IMG/VR virus record: IMGVR_UViG_3300049048_000052
Span: 187,781 to 251,780 of that record
Length of the DNA: 64,000 nt
Strand: one strand, 5' to 3'
A program made the translations under genes and the position numbers. Under the pieces are notes generated by a model, which made no database searches, was not told where the DNA came from, and saw only the letters and a list, made by a program, of their open reading frames with translations. This document shows, one piece after another, positions 1-7,986 of this stretch (position 1 is its first letter; each line of letters starts with the position of its first letter).

Positions 1-25
1 TAGTTTTGATTACAATTGAGGAGAA

Positions 26-277
26 ATGAGAATGTTGTACTATGCAATAGTCTACAATAAGGTTAGCCTTAAAAGTTCCCTAGTAAGCGCGGGCAGCCCT
101 GGGGCTAGATTTACCGATCCTCAGGTTGCCGAGACTAGACTAAGGAATGCAATCAAATCAGAAACAGAGTTTGGCTGTGTTTATGGAGGTCTGGGTTATA
201 CAAACGCGCTTAGGCATCCTCCCATAATATGGGTGAATGCTAGTGGCGAGGATAAGTCAAGATTGGTGGCAGGCTAA
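26..277 (+). CDS. Hypothetical protein (paralog family A)
   Basis: GAGGAG RBS upstream; weak similarity to the next ORF (AETRLRNAIKSETEFGCV vs AEQMLQTALTSDQYGVV). Confidence 0.7.
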   Translation: MRMLYYAIVYNKVSLKSSLVSAGSPGARFTDPQVAETRLRNAIKSETEFGCVYGGLGYTNALRHPPIIWVNASGEDKSRLVAG

Positions 278-522
278 TGATCCTGGCAATCGCAATAAGT
301 AGGGAAACAGGGGAATCAAATAAGATTCCTACTAGGGAGGGTAAGTACAATTGGGATTCAAGGGAAGGTGCTGAGCAGATGCTTCAGACCGCCTTAACCT
401 CAGACCAATATGGAGTTGTAGTGGAGGTTAATAATCCCTTCTTCCTACACCTGGGTCAAGTGCTTACATTCGTAGGTACTACAAAGGCTGACGAACAAAA
501 TTGGAGATCAGTAGTCCAATAG
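277..522 (+). CDS. Hypothetical protein (paralog family A)
   Basis: TAATG stop/start overlap with the previous ORF. Confidence 0.7.
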   Translation: MILAIAISRETGESNKIPTREGKYNWDSREGAEQMLQTALTSDQYGVVVEVNNPFFLHLGQVLTFVGTTKADEQNWRSVVQ

Positions 523-561
523 GTTATGATATACATAGGAGTCCATCAACTCCTATCACAC

Positions 562-635
562 GCGCCTGTAGCTCAGTTGGTTAGAGCGCCGAACTCATAA
601 TTCGGATGTCCCTGGTTCGAATCCAGGCTGGCGCA
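562..635 (+). tRNA. tRNA with CAT anticodon (tRNA-Ile2 favoured, elongator tRNA-Met possible); CCA not encoded
   Basis: Cloverleaf: acceptor GCGCCTG/CTGGCGC (one mismatch), D arm GCTC..GAGC, anticodon arm CCGAA-CTCATAA-TTCGG, T arm CCTGG-TTCGAAT-CCAGG, A73; no initiator features. Confidence 0.95.
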
Positions 636-655
636 TTGAGTCTCCGCTAAGGCTC

Positions 656-676
656 ATGGGGACCTTAGGTCCCCAT
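656..676 (+). promoter_or_regulatory. GC-rich hairpin between the tRNA and the RNA ligase RBS
   Basis: Perfect inverted repeat ATGGGGACC-TTA-GGTCCCCAT, followed by AAGGAGG. Confidence 0.6.
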
Positions 677-696
677 TAATAATTAAGGAGGTAACT

Positions 697-1332
697 ATGG
701 TTGATCTCAAGTTCCCTAGGACTAAACATCTGCCCTTCTCTCCTGGTAGAGGTAGTGATGATAAGGTTCACCCAGATCTTAGCTTTGTGCTAGATGGTAA
801 GCGTCTACTGCTGACCACAAAGATGGACGGAGAGAACCAAAGGTGGACCCGTAGCAGCTTTAATCTAAGGAGTCTATCATCTACCTCGGGTGGAGAATTG
901 AGATCTAGAGCCAAGGCTAAATGGGGCGAAGTCTGCTACTTAATAGATGAGGGATTGTCTGTTTTTGTAGAGGACACTACAGTAGTCCACTCTATACAAT
1001 ATGGACCCAGACTGACCAATCTATTCGTTATTGCGGTTAGAGATGATAAGACAGGTCACTTCATGTCCTGGTTTGATACTGAACAGTATGCTAGGAAATT
1101 GAACATGAAGACAGTGCCAGTACTATGGCACATGCAAGGCAGTGAATTTATCCGTGTTACTCTGGAGTCTTTAATAAAGGAGAGACATAGAAGTAACCAT
1201 GAGGGTATTGTTTTAAGACCTGAGGACGAGATAACTAATTGGACTGCTCAGACAGCTAAATGGGTTAGGGCTAATCATGTTCAAACAGATGAGCATTGGG
1301 AGCGTACCGCCCTGAAGAACCTGAGGAAGTAA
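697..1332 (+). CDS. ATP-dependent RNA ligase family protein (nucleotidyltransferase domain only)
   Basis: FPRTKHLP N-terminus, motif I KMDGEN, EGIVLR, AKWVRANHVQTDEHW. Confidence 0.85.
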   Translation: MVDLKFPRTKHLPFSPGRGSDDKVHPDLSFVLDGKRLLLTTKMDGENQRWTRSSFNLRSLSSTSGGELRSRAKAKWGEVCYLIDEGLSVFVEDTTVVHSIQYGPRLTNLFVIAVRDDKTGHFMSWFDTEQYARKLNMKTVPVLWHMQGSEFIRVTLESLIKERHRSNHEGIVLRPEDEITNWTAQTAKWVRANHVQTDEHWERTALKNLRK

Positions 1333-1383
1333 TAGGAAAGCACGTGTGGTCCTTACTGCACGTGTATACCCTTGAGGTGGGAT

Positions 1384-1839
1384 ATGAATGAACAGGATAA
1401 ACAAGAGTATCTAGAGGATCTAGAGTATGACGATACTCCCTTGACTGAGCTAGACTATAAGATCCTCTGTCGACTAAAAGATATGGCCGACGATATTATC
1501 AGTGAGAAGTGCAATACCTACCTTGCATCTGTAGGTAGAAGTTGTAATGGATCCTTATACTCAATAGAGTATGATGGAGGTCATATCAATGTGCGTTACG
1601 TTGATCGTAGGCATTGTGGTTGTTGTAGTGACGACTATTACTCCGAGGTTATACCTGCTGCCCTGCTATGGGATGACTCTATCCTGGCTAAGGCCAAAGA
1701 GGAGTTTCTAGAGAAGCAGAGACAGAAGGCTATTGAGAAACAGGAGCATGCCAAAAGACTAGCGGCTCAACAGGCTATGGCCCAAGAGAAAAGGGATGCT
1801 GCTGAGTATGAAAGGCTAAGGGCTAAGTATGAGCAATGA
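1384..1839 (+). CDS. Hypothetical protein (paralog family B) with HCGCC motif and C-terminal coiled coil
   Basis: ATG at 1384 after GAGGTGG preferred over TTG at 1372; shares TExDYxIL, PAxLLW and EYERLxAKYE with the next ORF. Confidence 0.8.
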   Translation: MNEQDKQEYLEDLEYDDTPLTELDYKILCRLKDMADDIISEKCNTYLASVGRSCNGSLYSIEYDGGHINVRYVDRRHCGCCSDDYYSEVIPAALLWDDSILAKAKEEFLEKQRQKAIEKQEHAKRLAAQQAMAQEKRDAAEYERLRAKYEQ

Positions 1840-2233
1840 GGTAGCATCTACTTACCTCAATATGTTGAGAGGTAAGGGTACTATAACTGAGACAGATTAT
1901 GAGATACTCTATCAGCTATCTAGTATAGCAGTAGGCATACTAAGTGAGCGGGGTAGGGAGTATCTCAGGGCCCATGATCTAGAGGTGGTATGTTCCAGCA
2001 TTGTTTCCTTAGACTTCTGGATGAGGGAGATATGTATATGCTTCGAGATAGAGTATGAGGATGATACGTTTGCCTGGCGCCAGGTCCCAGCAGAGCTTCT
2101 ATGGAATGGTGACCTAGTGGAGCAGGTTAAGAATAAGCTTAGAGAGAAGGCTGCAGCAGCTGAGGTCTCTAAGGAAGAAGCTGAATTGATTGAATATGAA
2201 CGATTAAAGGCTAAATATGAAAAGCATTATTAA
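1829..2233 (+). CDS. Hypothetical protein (paralog family B)
   Basis: Colinear motifs with 1384..1839. Confidence 0.8.
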   Translation: MSNEVASTYLNMLRGKGTITETDYEILYQLSSIAVGILSERGREYLRAHDLEVVCSSIVSLDFWMREICICFEIEYEDDTFAWRQVPAELLWNGDLVEQVKNKLREKAAAAEVSKEEAELIEYERLKAKYEKHY

Positions 2234-2390
2234 TAAGAAAGATAAGTTCCATCCGATGGCGGATATGTATATTACCAACTACTACGACAAAGGTATTAGA
2301 CGCTTCATGGTTGATTATTGTAACCGCAATAAACCCTTAGGCTTCGCTAAAGTTAAGACTGAGGAACCTAAGGATGAAAGTAGGGGATAA
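2217..2390 (+). CDS. Small hypothetical protein, 57 aa (not in ORF track)
   Basis: Translated by hand: MKSIINKKDKFHPMADMYITNYYDKGIRRF...KDESRG*; fills the gap and overlaps both neighbours. Confidence 0.6.
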   Translation: MKSIINKKDKFHPMADMYITNYYDKGIRRFMVDYCNRNKPLGFAKVKTEEPKDESRG

Positions 2391-3084
2391 GGTCTGGTTA
2401 GTCAGGGAGGTGGGATCCCGTAGAGAGGCTCATATAGTAGATGAGTATGCTCTAATGAGCAATCCACCTATATATGTATGGAAGGTGGCCTGCCCATCTC
2501 TGGATAGTACTGGTCTTATCTTTAGACAAGATACTAAGAAGTGTTTTAACTATGGTAACAACGCATATTGGATTGAACCTATGGATAGAGAGTTAAACCT
2601 AGAAGAGAAGGCTACTAACTTTGAGACCTATGAGCACATCAATAAGGTGATGCTCTATATGGAACAGATGAAGTTAGCCCTCGCTAAGAGACAGTTCTCA
2701 CATGATAGGTCCAAATTAGAGGATCCTGAGGTAGAGATGTTCACTAGGCTTACCCATAAACTCAAAGGTATTACCTATGGTAGTCAAGAGTATAAGGACT
2801 GTCTAGCTGAGATGGGCCCTGCTTTGGAGCATCACTATTCCGAGAATGCTCATCATCCTGAGCATCACAACTTAGGGGTTGATAGCATGACTCTCATAGA
2901 TGTCCTAGAGATGCTCTGTGACTGGTATGCCTCATGTCAGCGCCATGCTGATGGGAATATTTATAAGTCTATTGATATTAATACTGAGCGCTTTGGTCTC
3001 TCAGATCAACTAGCCAATATATTAAGGAATACAGTGAAGCTCTTTAATGATGACTTCACTCAGACTACTCAGAAAGGTCTATAA
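2374..3084 (+). CDS. HD-superfamily hydrolase (DUF5662-like) with an extra ~75-aa N-terminal domain
   Basis: TYEH, HDRSK, HHYSENAHHPEHH and EMLCDW motifs. Confidence 0.75.
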   Translation: MKVGDKVWLVREVGSRREAHIVDEYALMSNPPIYVWKVACPSLDSTGLIFRQDTKKCFNYGNNAYWIEPMDRELNLEEKATNFETYEHINKVMLYMEQMKLALAKRQFSHDRSKLEDPEVEMFTRLTHKLKGITYGSQEYKDCLAEMGPALEHHYSENAHHPEHHNLGVDSMTLIDVLEMLCDWYASCQRHADGNIYKSIDINTERFGLSDQLANILRNTVKLFNDDFTQTTQKGL

Positions 3085-3087
3085 ATG

Positions 3088-3124
3088 ATGGGGGACCATA
3101 GGGCCCCCCTTTAATTTAGGGGGG
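3088..3124 (+). promoter_or_regulatory. Two mutually exclusive hairpins overlapping the RBS of the methyltransferase gene
   Basis: C-run 3104-3109 can pair with upstream GGGGGACC or with downstream AGGGGGG (3118-3124). Confidence 0.5.
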
Positions 3125-3127
3125 TTT

Positions 3128-3799
3128 ATGAGAGACTTAGCAAGACAGATGCTATTGACTGCTCAGAAGTATGTCAATGTAGGTAAGAAGCCTCCTGGGT
3201 TTCATAGCTTTACCAATAAGTACTTAGAAGAGTATGAGAAAATCTTTAGGAATTGGAGAGAACGCACCTTCTTTCCTATGACGTTAGAGGATGTCCAGGC
3301 AGACCTACTGGCTTCATATGCTAGGGACTTTTTTGTCTATAGCTTCTCTTGGGCTATACCTTCTGATGAGGCTATAGACTTAATTGCTAGCTATGACAAC
3401 ATAATAGATGCTGGCGCCGGTACAGGTTACTGGGCTGGCCTATTAAGACAGCAGGGTTGTAAGGTGGAGGCTTGGGATAAGCAGCCTTATTTCAATGGCT
3501 ACTGTAACACTTCTTGGTCTTATGTAGAGAGGGTAGCTCCTGCGGAGGTCTTATATAGGTTAAGTAGTAGGTGCAATCACACCTTATTACTTGTATGGCC
3601 CCCAGTGAATTCTTTTGCATATAAAGCCGTTAAGGCCTTTAGTGGTAATAGGGTTATATATGTGGGGGAATGGTATGGCTGTACAGGGGATGCTGATTTT
3701 CATAATTATCTTGAGGACTACTTTGAGGTAGTTAATGTCTTAGAGATACCCCGTTGGCCCTGCATATTAGATCGTTTATACGTCTTGGAGAGAAAATAG
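3128..3799 (+). CDS. Class I SAM-dependent methyltransferase-like protein
   Basis: Motif I IIDAGAGTGYWA, then AWD, LLLVWPP and IYVGE. Confidence 0.8.
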   Translation: MRDLARQMLLTAQKYVNVGKKPPGFHSFTNKYLEEYEKIFRNWRERTFFPMTLEDVQADLLASYARDFFVYSFSWAIPSDEAIDLIASYDNIIDAGAGTGYWAGLLRQQGCKVEAWDKQPYFNGYCNTSWSYVERVAPAEVLYRLSSRCNHTLLLVWPPVNSFAYKAVKAFSGNRVIYVGEWYGCTGDADFHNYLEDYFEVVNVLEIPRWPCILDRLYVLERK

Positions 3800-3801
3800 C
3801 A

Positions 3802-4149
3802 TTGGAACAATTACTATGCCATCTAGTTGGCGATTATTTATTGCAAAACGACTGGATGGCTAGTAATAAGACTAAGGACATGTCAGTGGCTGCCATACAC
3901 GGGGCCACTTACTTCCTACCTTTCTTCCTCATTACTAACTCCTTTTGGGCCCTAATAGTTATACTGATTACTCATATAATTATTGATCATTACTCCCTAG
4001 CTAGGGAGTTCAATAAGTTAAAGAATGATTGTTGGACCTTTAATGGATTCCCCCTGGATAGACCTATATGGCTCACTACGTGGGTGATCATTATTATGGA
4101 TAACACTATGCACCTACTAATTAATTACTTTGCATTGAGGTATCTATGA
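3802..4149 (+). CDS. DUF3307-like membrane protein
   Basis: HLVGDYLLQ, IH, THIIIDH and DNTMH motifs; hydrophobic; TTG start at 3802 after GGAGAG preferred over 3754. Confidence 0.8.
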   Translation: MEQLLCHLVGDYLLQNDWMASNKTKDMSVAAIHGATYFLPFFLITNSFWALIVILITHIIIDHYSLAREFNKLKNDCWTFNGFPLDRPIWLTTWVIIIMDNTMHLLINYFALRYL

Positions 4150-4526
4150 GGGTATATCATGGTACAGATCAAGAGCTAACCCATATAAAGAAGGGTAGCT
4201 ATGTAACCCCCTTTCTACATGCAGCTAGACTATGGGGAGTTAAATGGAGCTATGAGCAGTTAATCTCAATAGATCCTAACAAAGTAGGAGAAACATTAAG
4301 ATTCCGTGCGCAGGCTATAGAATCCAGTCCCCTATTTGTGTATGTCAATGAGTTAGATGAGACTCAATTAGAGAAGACTACAACTAATCAGGATGTCCTC
4401 TATCCTTACATATATAAGACCAGGTTAGACCTATGGTTCAAAGAGGAAGAAAGATGGAGTGACTGGAAACTAGTTATTCCTTATTATGAGCGTCAGGATA
4501 GATATGGATACACACAATACCAATAG
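4146..4526 (+). CDS. Hypothetical protein, possible ADP-ribosyltransferase-like fold
   Basis: N-terminal YHGT followed by GSYVT..LHAA. Confidence 0.45.
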   Translation: MRVYHGTDQELTHIKKGSYVTPFLHAARLWGVKWSYEQLISIDPNKVGETLRFRAQAIESSPLFVYVNELDETQLEKTTTNQDVLYPYIYKTRLDLWFKEEERWSDWKLVIPYYERQDRYGYTQYQ

Positions 4527-5217
4527 GACTAGAAACATATTCTATGACACTGAGTTCATAGAAAGGGGCCCTGATTACCCCCTAACCCTTATCAGCATAG
4601 GTATGGTAGATGATGATGGTAGAACCTTCTATAGGGTCTCCTCTGAGTTTAGGGAGGAGGACTGTAATGATTGGGTTAAGGCTAACGTACTACCTTACCT
4701 GGGTCCTACTCACCCTTGTAGTAGAGCTGAGATAGCTCATGATCTAATGGAGTTCATAGGGGCTGATAAGCCTAGGTGGTATGGTTATTACTCTGCCTAT
4801 GACCATGTGCTCCTATGCCAACTCTTTGGTACTATGATAGAGCTTCCCAAGGGGTGGCCTATGTATACTAGGGACATTAAGCAAATGTTGGATTCCATCG
4901 GCAATCCAGAGGTGCCTAAGGACTTCAATGGAGTACTCCATAACGCTCTTGAGGATGCTCTATGGAATAAGAAGGTATACGAATGGCTATTAGGTCTAGG
5001 CTGTATAGAATCTAATGCTAGTCATAGGGATCGTATGGAACGCCTGTTATATGATATGAAGCTGGACTATAATAACCCCGAGCTAGTCCAATATTCCGGG
5101 TATGAAAATACGGATAATATAATCCTCTTAGGTAATGGAAGAGGCTACAGAGGTTTTACTGCAGAGTTCTTCTTTAATCCAGATGGATCCTTCGACCATC
5201 ATGGAATATGGGAATAG
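4486..5217 (+). CDS. DEDDh 3'-5' exo(ribo)nuclease (Rv2179c-like) with C-terminal extension
   Basis: FYDTEF, LISIGMV, SAYDHV and HNALEDA motifs. Confidence 0.88.
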   Translation: MSVRIDMDTHNTNRTRNIFYDTEFIERGPDYPLTLISIGMVDDDGRTFYRVSSEFREEDCNDWVKANVLPYLGPTHPCSRAEIAHDLMEFIGADKPRWYGYYSAYDHVLLCQLFGTMIELPKGWPMYTRDIKQMLDSIGNPEVPKDFNGVLHNALEDALWNKKVYEWLLGLGCIESNASHRDRMERLLYDMKLDYNNPELVQYSGYENTDNIILLGNGRGYRGFTAEFFFNPDGSFDHHGIWE

Positions 5218-5238
5218 GTTAATTGATTATATAAAATA

Positions 5239-5278
5239 CCCCGGCCTGGTATAGGGAGTTCGATTCTCCTACCGGGGA
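5239..5278 (+). ncRNA. tRNA-like minihelix (acceptor stem + T arm; no D or anticodon arm)
   Basis: CCCCGGC-CTGGTATA-GGGAG-TTCGATT-CTCCT-ACCGGGG-A. Confidence 0.55.
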
Positions 5279-5329
5279 CTTTGGGAGTCCCATCTCCCTC
5301 CTATTGATTTCATAGATAATAAGGATACT

Positions 5330-6517
5330 ATGCTATCAAACAGATTTATGACCGAACCACTATTTATAAGTATACTGGGCCCTGCGGGGGTCGGTAAGTC
5401 GTTTACGGTTAATGAGAAGCTTAAAGAGGATCCATCCTACTGTATGAGGACCAGTACCACTGGTATATCAGCAGTGAACCTAGGAGGGGGTGCCATGACT
5501 ATTAACTCAGCCCTCAAATATTTTAATACTAAGCAGCTACTAATGAAGGTAGCCAATAAAGAAATAGATAGTATTCTGAAGAAGATCAGTGAGAGATTCA
5601 GGTACATAGTTATAGATGAGTGCTCTATGTTAGATGCCGCTCAGGTGGACCTTATATATACTGCTATATGTAGATTTAATGCTCAGAATAGAAAGAGGAA
5701 GTTAGGACTATATCTAACTGGTGATAGTGGTCAGTTGCCTGCTGTAAGTGGTAAGCCCTTCTTTGAGGCTAGATACTGGAATGCCTTTCATGTCTCATAT
5801 CTAACTGAGGTAAAGAGACAGAGTGATAAGGACTTTATTAAGGCATTACAACTAGTGAGAGCAGGTAGGCCCGAGGAGGCTGTAGACTGGTTTGAGGAGA
5901 ACATAGGATTCCATAGTTCTATTGATGAGGACTTTGAGGGCTCCACTTTCTTCTCTATGAATGCTGAGGTGGATACCTATAACTTTAGGAAGCTCACTGA
6001 GTTAGAGGGCGTATCCAAGAAGTATGTAGCCCTAATAGAGGGTACACCTATGGCTGTGTGGAAGGACATACCTAAGTATGTTGAACTAAAGAAGGGCGCC
6101 CTCATTACTATCCTTATCAATAACATTGAGCAGGGTTATGCCAATGGTGATATGGCCATCGTCCAGGAGACCTTTGACACCTGTATCCTAGTTAAGCTAC
6201 TGAGAACTAAGAGGCAGGTATACATCCATTATCATGGTGTAAATAATGTGCCCCTAGGTCAATATAAACCTGTAGGTTCTATCAGTTACTTACCAGTTAG
6301 ATTATCGTGGGCCAGCACTATTCATAAGAGTCAGTCTCTGAGTCTAGATGCAGTACAGATTAAGTTAGGTGGTGAGTTCCTAGAGAGATTAAGTGGTGGT
6401 TTATATACTGCTCTATCTAGAGTAAGGACAAAGGAAGGCCTACGCATAGTAGGTAATAGAGAATCGTTTATACAAAGTTGTTACGTTGATCCTAGATACA
6501 TTCCATATATTAAATAG
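5330..6517 (+). CDS. PIF1/RecD-like SF1B DNA helicase
   Basis: Walker A GPAGVGKS, IVIDECSM, GDSGQLP, KRQ, TIHKSQS and YTALSRV. Confidence 0.92.
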   Translation: MLSNRFMTEPLFISILGPAGVGKSFTVNEKLKEDPSYCMRTSTTGISAVNLGGGAMTINSALKYFNTKQLLMKVANKEIDSILKKISERFRYIVIDECSMLDAAQVDLIYTAICRFNAQNRKRKLGLYLTGDSGQLPAVSGKPFFEARYWNAFHVSYLTEVKRQSDKDFIKALQLVRAGRPEEAVDWFEENIGFHSSIDEDFEGSTFFSMNAEVDTYNFRKLTELEGVSKKYVALIEGTPMAVWKDIPKYVELKKGALITILINNIEQGYANGDMAIVQETFDTCILVKLLRTKRQVYIHYHGVNNVPLGQYKPVGSISYLPVRLSWASTIHKSQSLSLDAVQIKLGGEFLERLSGGLYTALSRVRTKEGLRIVGNRESFIQSCYVDPRYIPYIK

Positions 6518-6527
6518 GTATAGATAA

Positions 6528-7277
6528 ATGAGTAACTTACAGGACCTCTACAGGGAAATGGATAATAAAGTGAAGAATATGAATGAGCTCAAAACAGAGT
6601 TCTCTGAGCTTATGTTCTTTGTTGATTACCCAGAGATAGATACGGTTCACTTCTATTGTGAATATGAATACAACGATCAGGGTGGTACTTATCCTGTGTT
6701 TAGGATAAACACAGTAGAAATACATGATGAGCAAAGAAGGGCTCAGTTCCTCAACCGTATGGGTTATCCAGATACTGATATGGAGGAATGGTTAGAGGAG
6801 GAAGGCAGCTATGAGTTTGGTTATATATTAGGTAGATATATTGAAAGCCATGCGGATGAATATGGCGAGGGCTCCTTACATAATGATAGGGAAACTCTAG
6901 GAGAGCGTTGTCTAAGTCTGGCTCAGAGAATGAGTGAAGCTATAGGCTCATCCAATATCCCTATCGTATATATAGTAGAAGAAGTCATAGTTAACTATGA
7001 TGATTCCTACTATAGATTAGCAGAGGGTCATCAGGCTGACTCTGTATTCCTAGATAAGAAAGCAGCAGAGAAGAAAGCAGAGCAATGTGCCCTCTATATC
7101 CTTAAGGAATATGGTGATGACATAGAGTACATTGAGGATCATATCACCTGGCCTAGTGACTATATGTACCTAGGAGCTGATAAGCTTGTACAGGATATAT
7201 TAGATGGTACTTTAGGTATTGATAGAGTGGGATATAGCTCCCTTGCTAAAGTGAGGGAAATAAAAATAGAAGGTTAA
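6528..7277 (+). CDS. Acidic hypothetical protein; N-terminal half belongs to paralog family C
   Basis: FFVDYPEI...YNDQGG motif shared with ORFs at 7983, 8387 and 8817. Confidence 0.8.
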   Translation: MSNLQDLYREMDNKVKNMNELKTEFSELMFFVDYPEIDTVHFYCEYEYNDQGGTYPVFRINTVEIHDEQRRAQFLNRMGYPDTDMEEWLEEEGSYEFGYILGRYIESHADEYGEGSLHNDRETLGERCLSLAQRMSEAIGSSNIPIVYIVEEVIVNYDDSYYRLAEGHQADSVFLDKKAAEKKAEQCALYILKEYGDDIEYIEDHITWPSDYMYLGADKLVQDILDGTLGIDRVGYSSLAKVREIKIEG

Positions 7278-7278
7278 T

Positions 7279-7986
7279 ATGAAAGGTTTATCTATTACAG
7301 CCATCGGTCGGCGTCCCATAGAGGAATGTGTAAATATCTACTATGAGTTGATCGATAAGCTAGGAGTAGAGTACCTTCAGTTAGCAGTTGGGTCTAAGTG
7401 TAATGTGGAGTATTTAGATGGCCTAGATACTCCCTTTACTCTGCATGATAGCTGTCTATACGAGGGGGACTCTAGGTTATTCATTAATCCGTTAGAAGAT
7501 ACTAACTATGATAGGTATAAGGACTTCATAGAGAAGCACCAGGTTAGTTATATGGGTATACATCCTCCATTAAAGAAGGACTGTACTCAGCGTGAGTTAA
7601 GAGAAGGCCTTCAGTATATGTCTAAGTACTTAGGTATACCTGTGGCCCTAGAGATAATGCCTAGTCCTGAGTACTGGATGTCTGAGGATAATATGGTACC
7701 TGGTGTCCCTATCCTCCTGGATATTAGTCATATAAATCTATGGACTGAGGGTAATCTTAGTAGGGCCGAGAATGTCTCCTTATCCCTATTAGAGAGATAC
7801 CAAGTACTAGAGATACATCTCTCACATAACAGAGGCAGGGCTGATTCTCATGATATGATTCCGAGGTCCATCTGGTTTAACCAATACTTAGAACAGTGGG
7901 ACGATGAGTATCGTCTTGTAACCTATGAGTCTGTACCTATTGATTATAAGGAATACGAAAGGTTAGATAAGAGGAGAAATAAATGA
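7279..7986 (+). CDS. TIM-barrel metalloenzyme, endonuclease IV / xylose isomerase-like superfamily
   Basis: Ordered ligand motifs TLH, GIHP, ALE, LLDISH, EIHLS, DSH and TYE. Confidence 0.75.
   Translation: MKGLSITAIGRRPIEECVNIYYELIDKLGVEYLQLAVGSKCNVEYLDGLDTPFTLHDSCLYEGDSRLFINPLEDTNYDRYKDFIEKHQVSYMGIHPPLKKDCTQRELREGLQYMSKYLGIPVALEIMPSPEYWMSEDNMVPGVPILLDISHINLWTEGNLSRAENVSLSLLERYQVLEIHLSHNRGRADSHDMIPRSIWFNQYLEQWDDEYRLVTYESVPIDYKEYERLDKRRNK

Noticed and set aside
1340-1365. GCACGTGT direct repeat / imperfect hairpin after the RNA ligase
   Set aside because: Single occurrence, several G-U pairs and no U-tract; function cannot be supported
5239-5278. attP/attR prophage boundary
   Set aside because: The 5' acceptor strand is also present, both flanks are phage genes, and no integrase is in the window; not fully excluded
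7279-7986. Firm call as a DUF692/MNIO RiPP enzyme
   Set aside because: Has DxxH rather than the DxxN typical of DUF692, and no obvious short precursor peptide is nearby; kept only as a superfamily-level call
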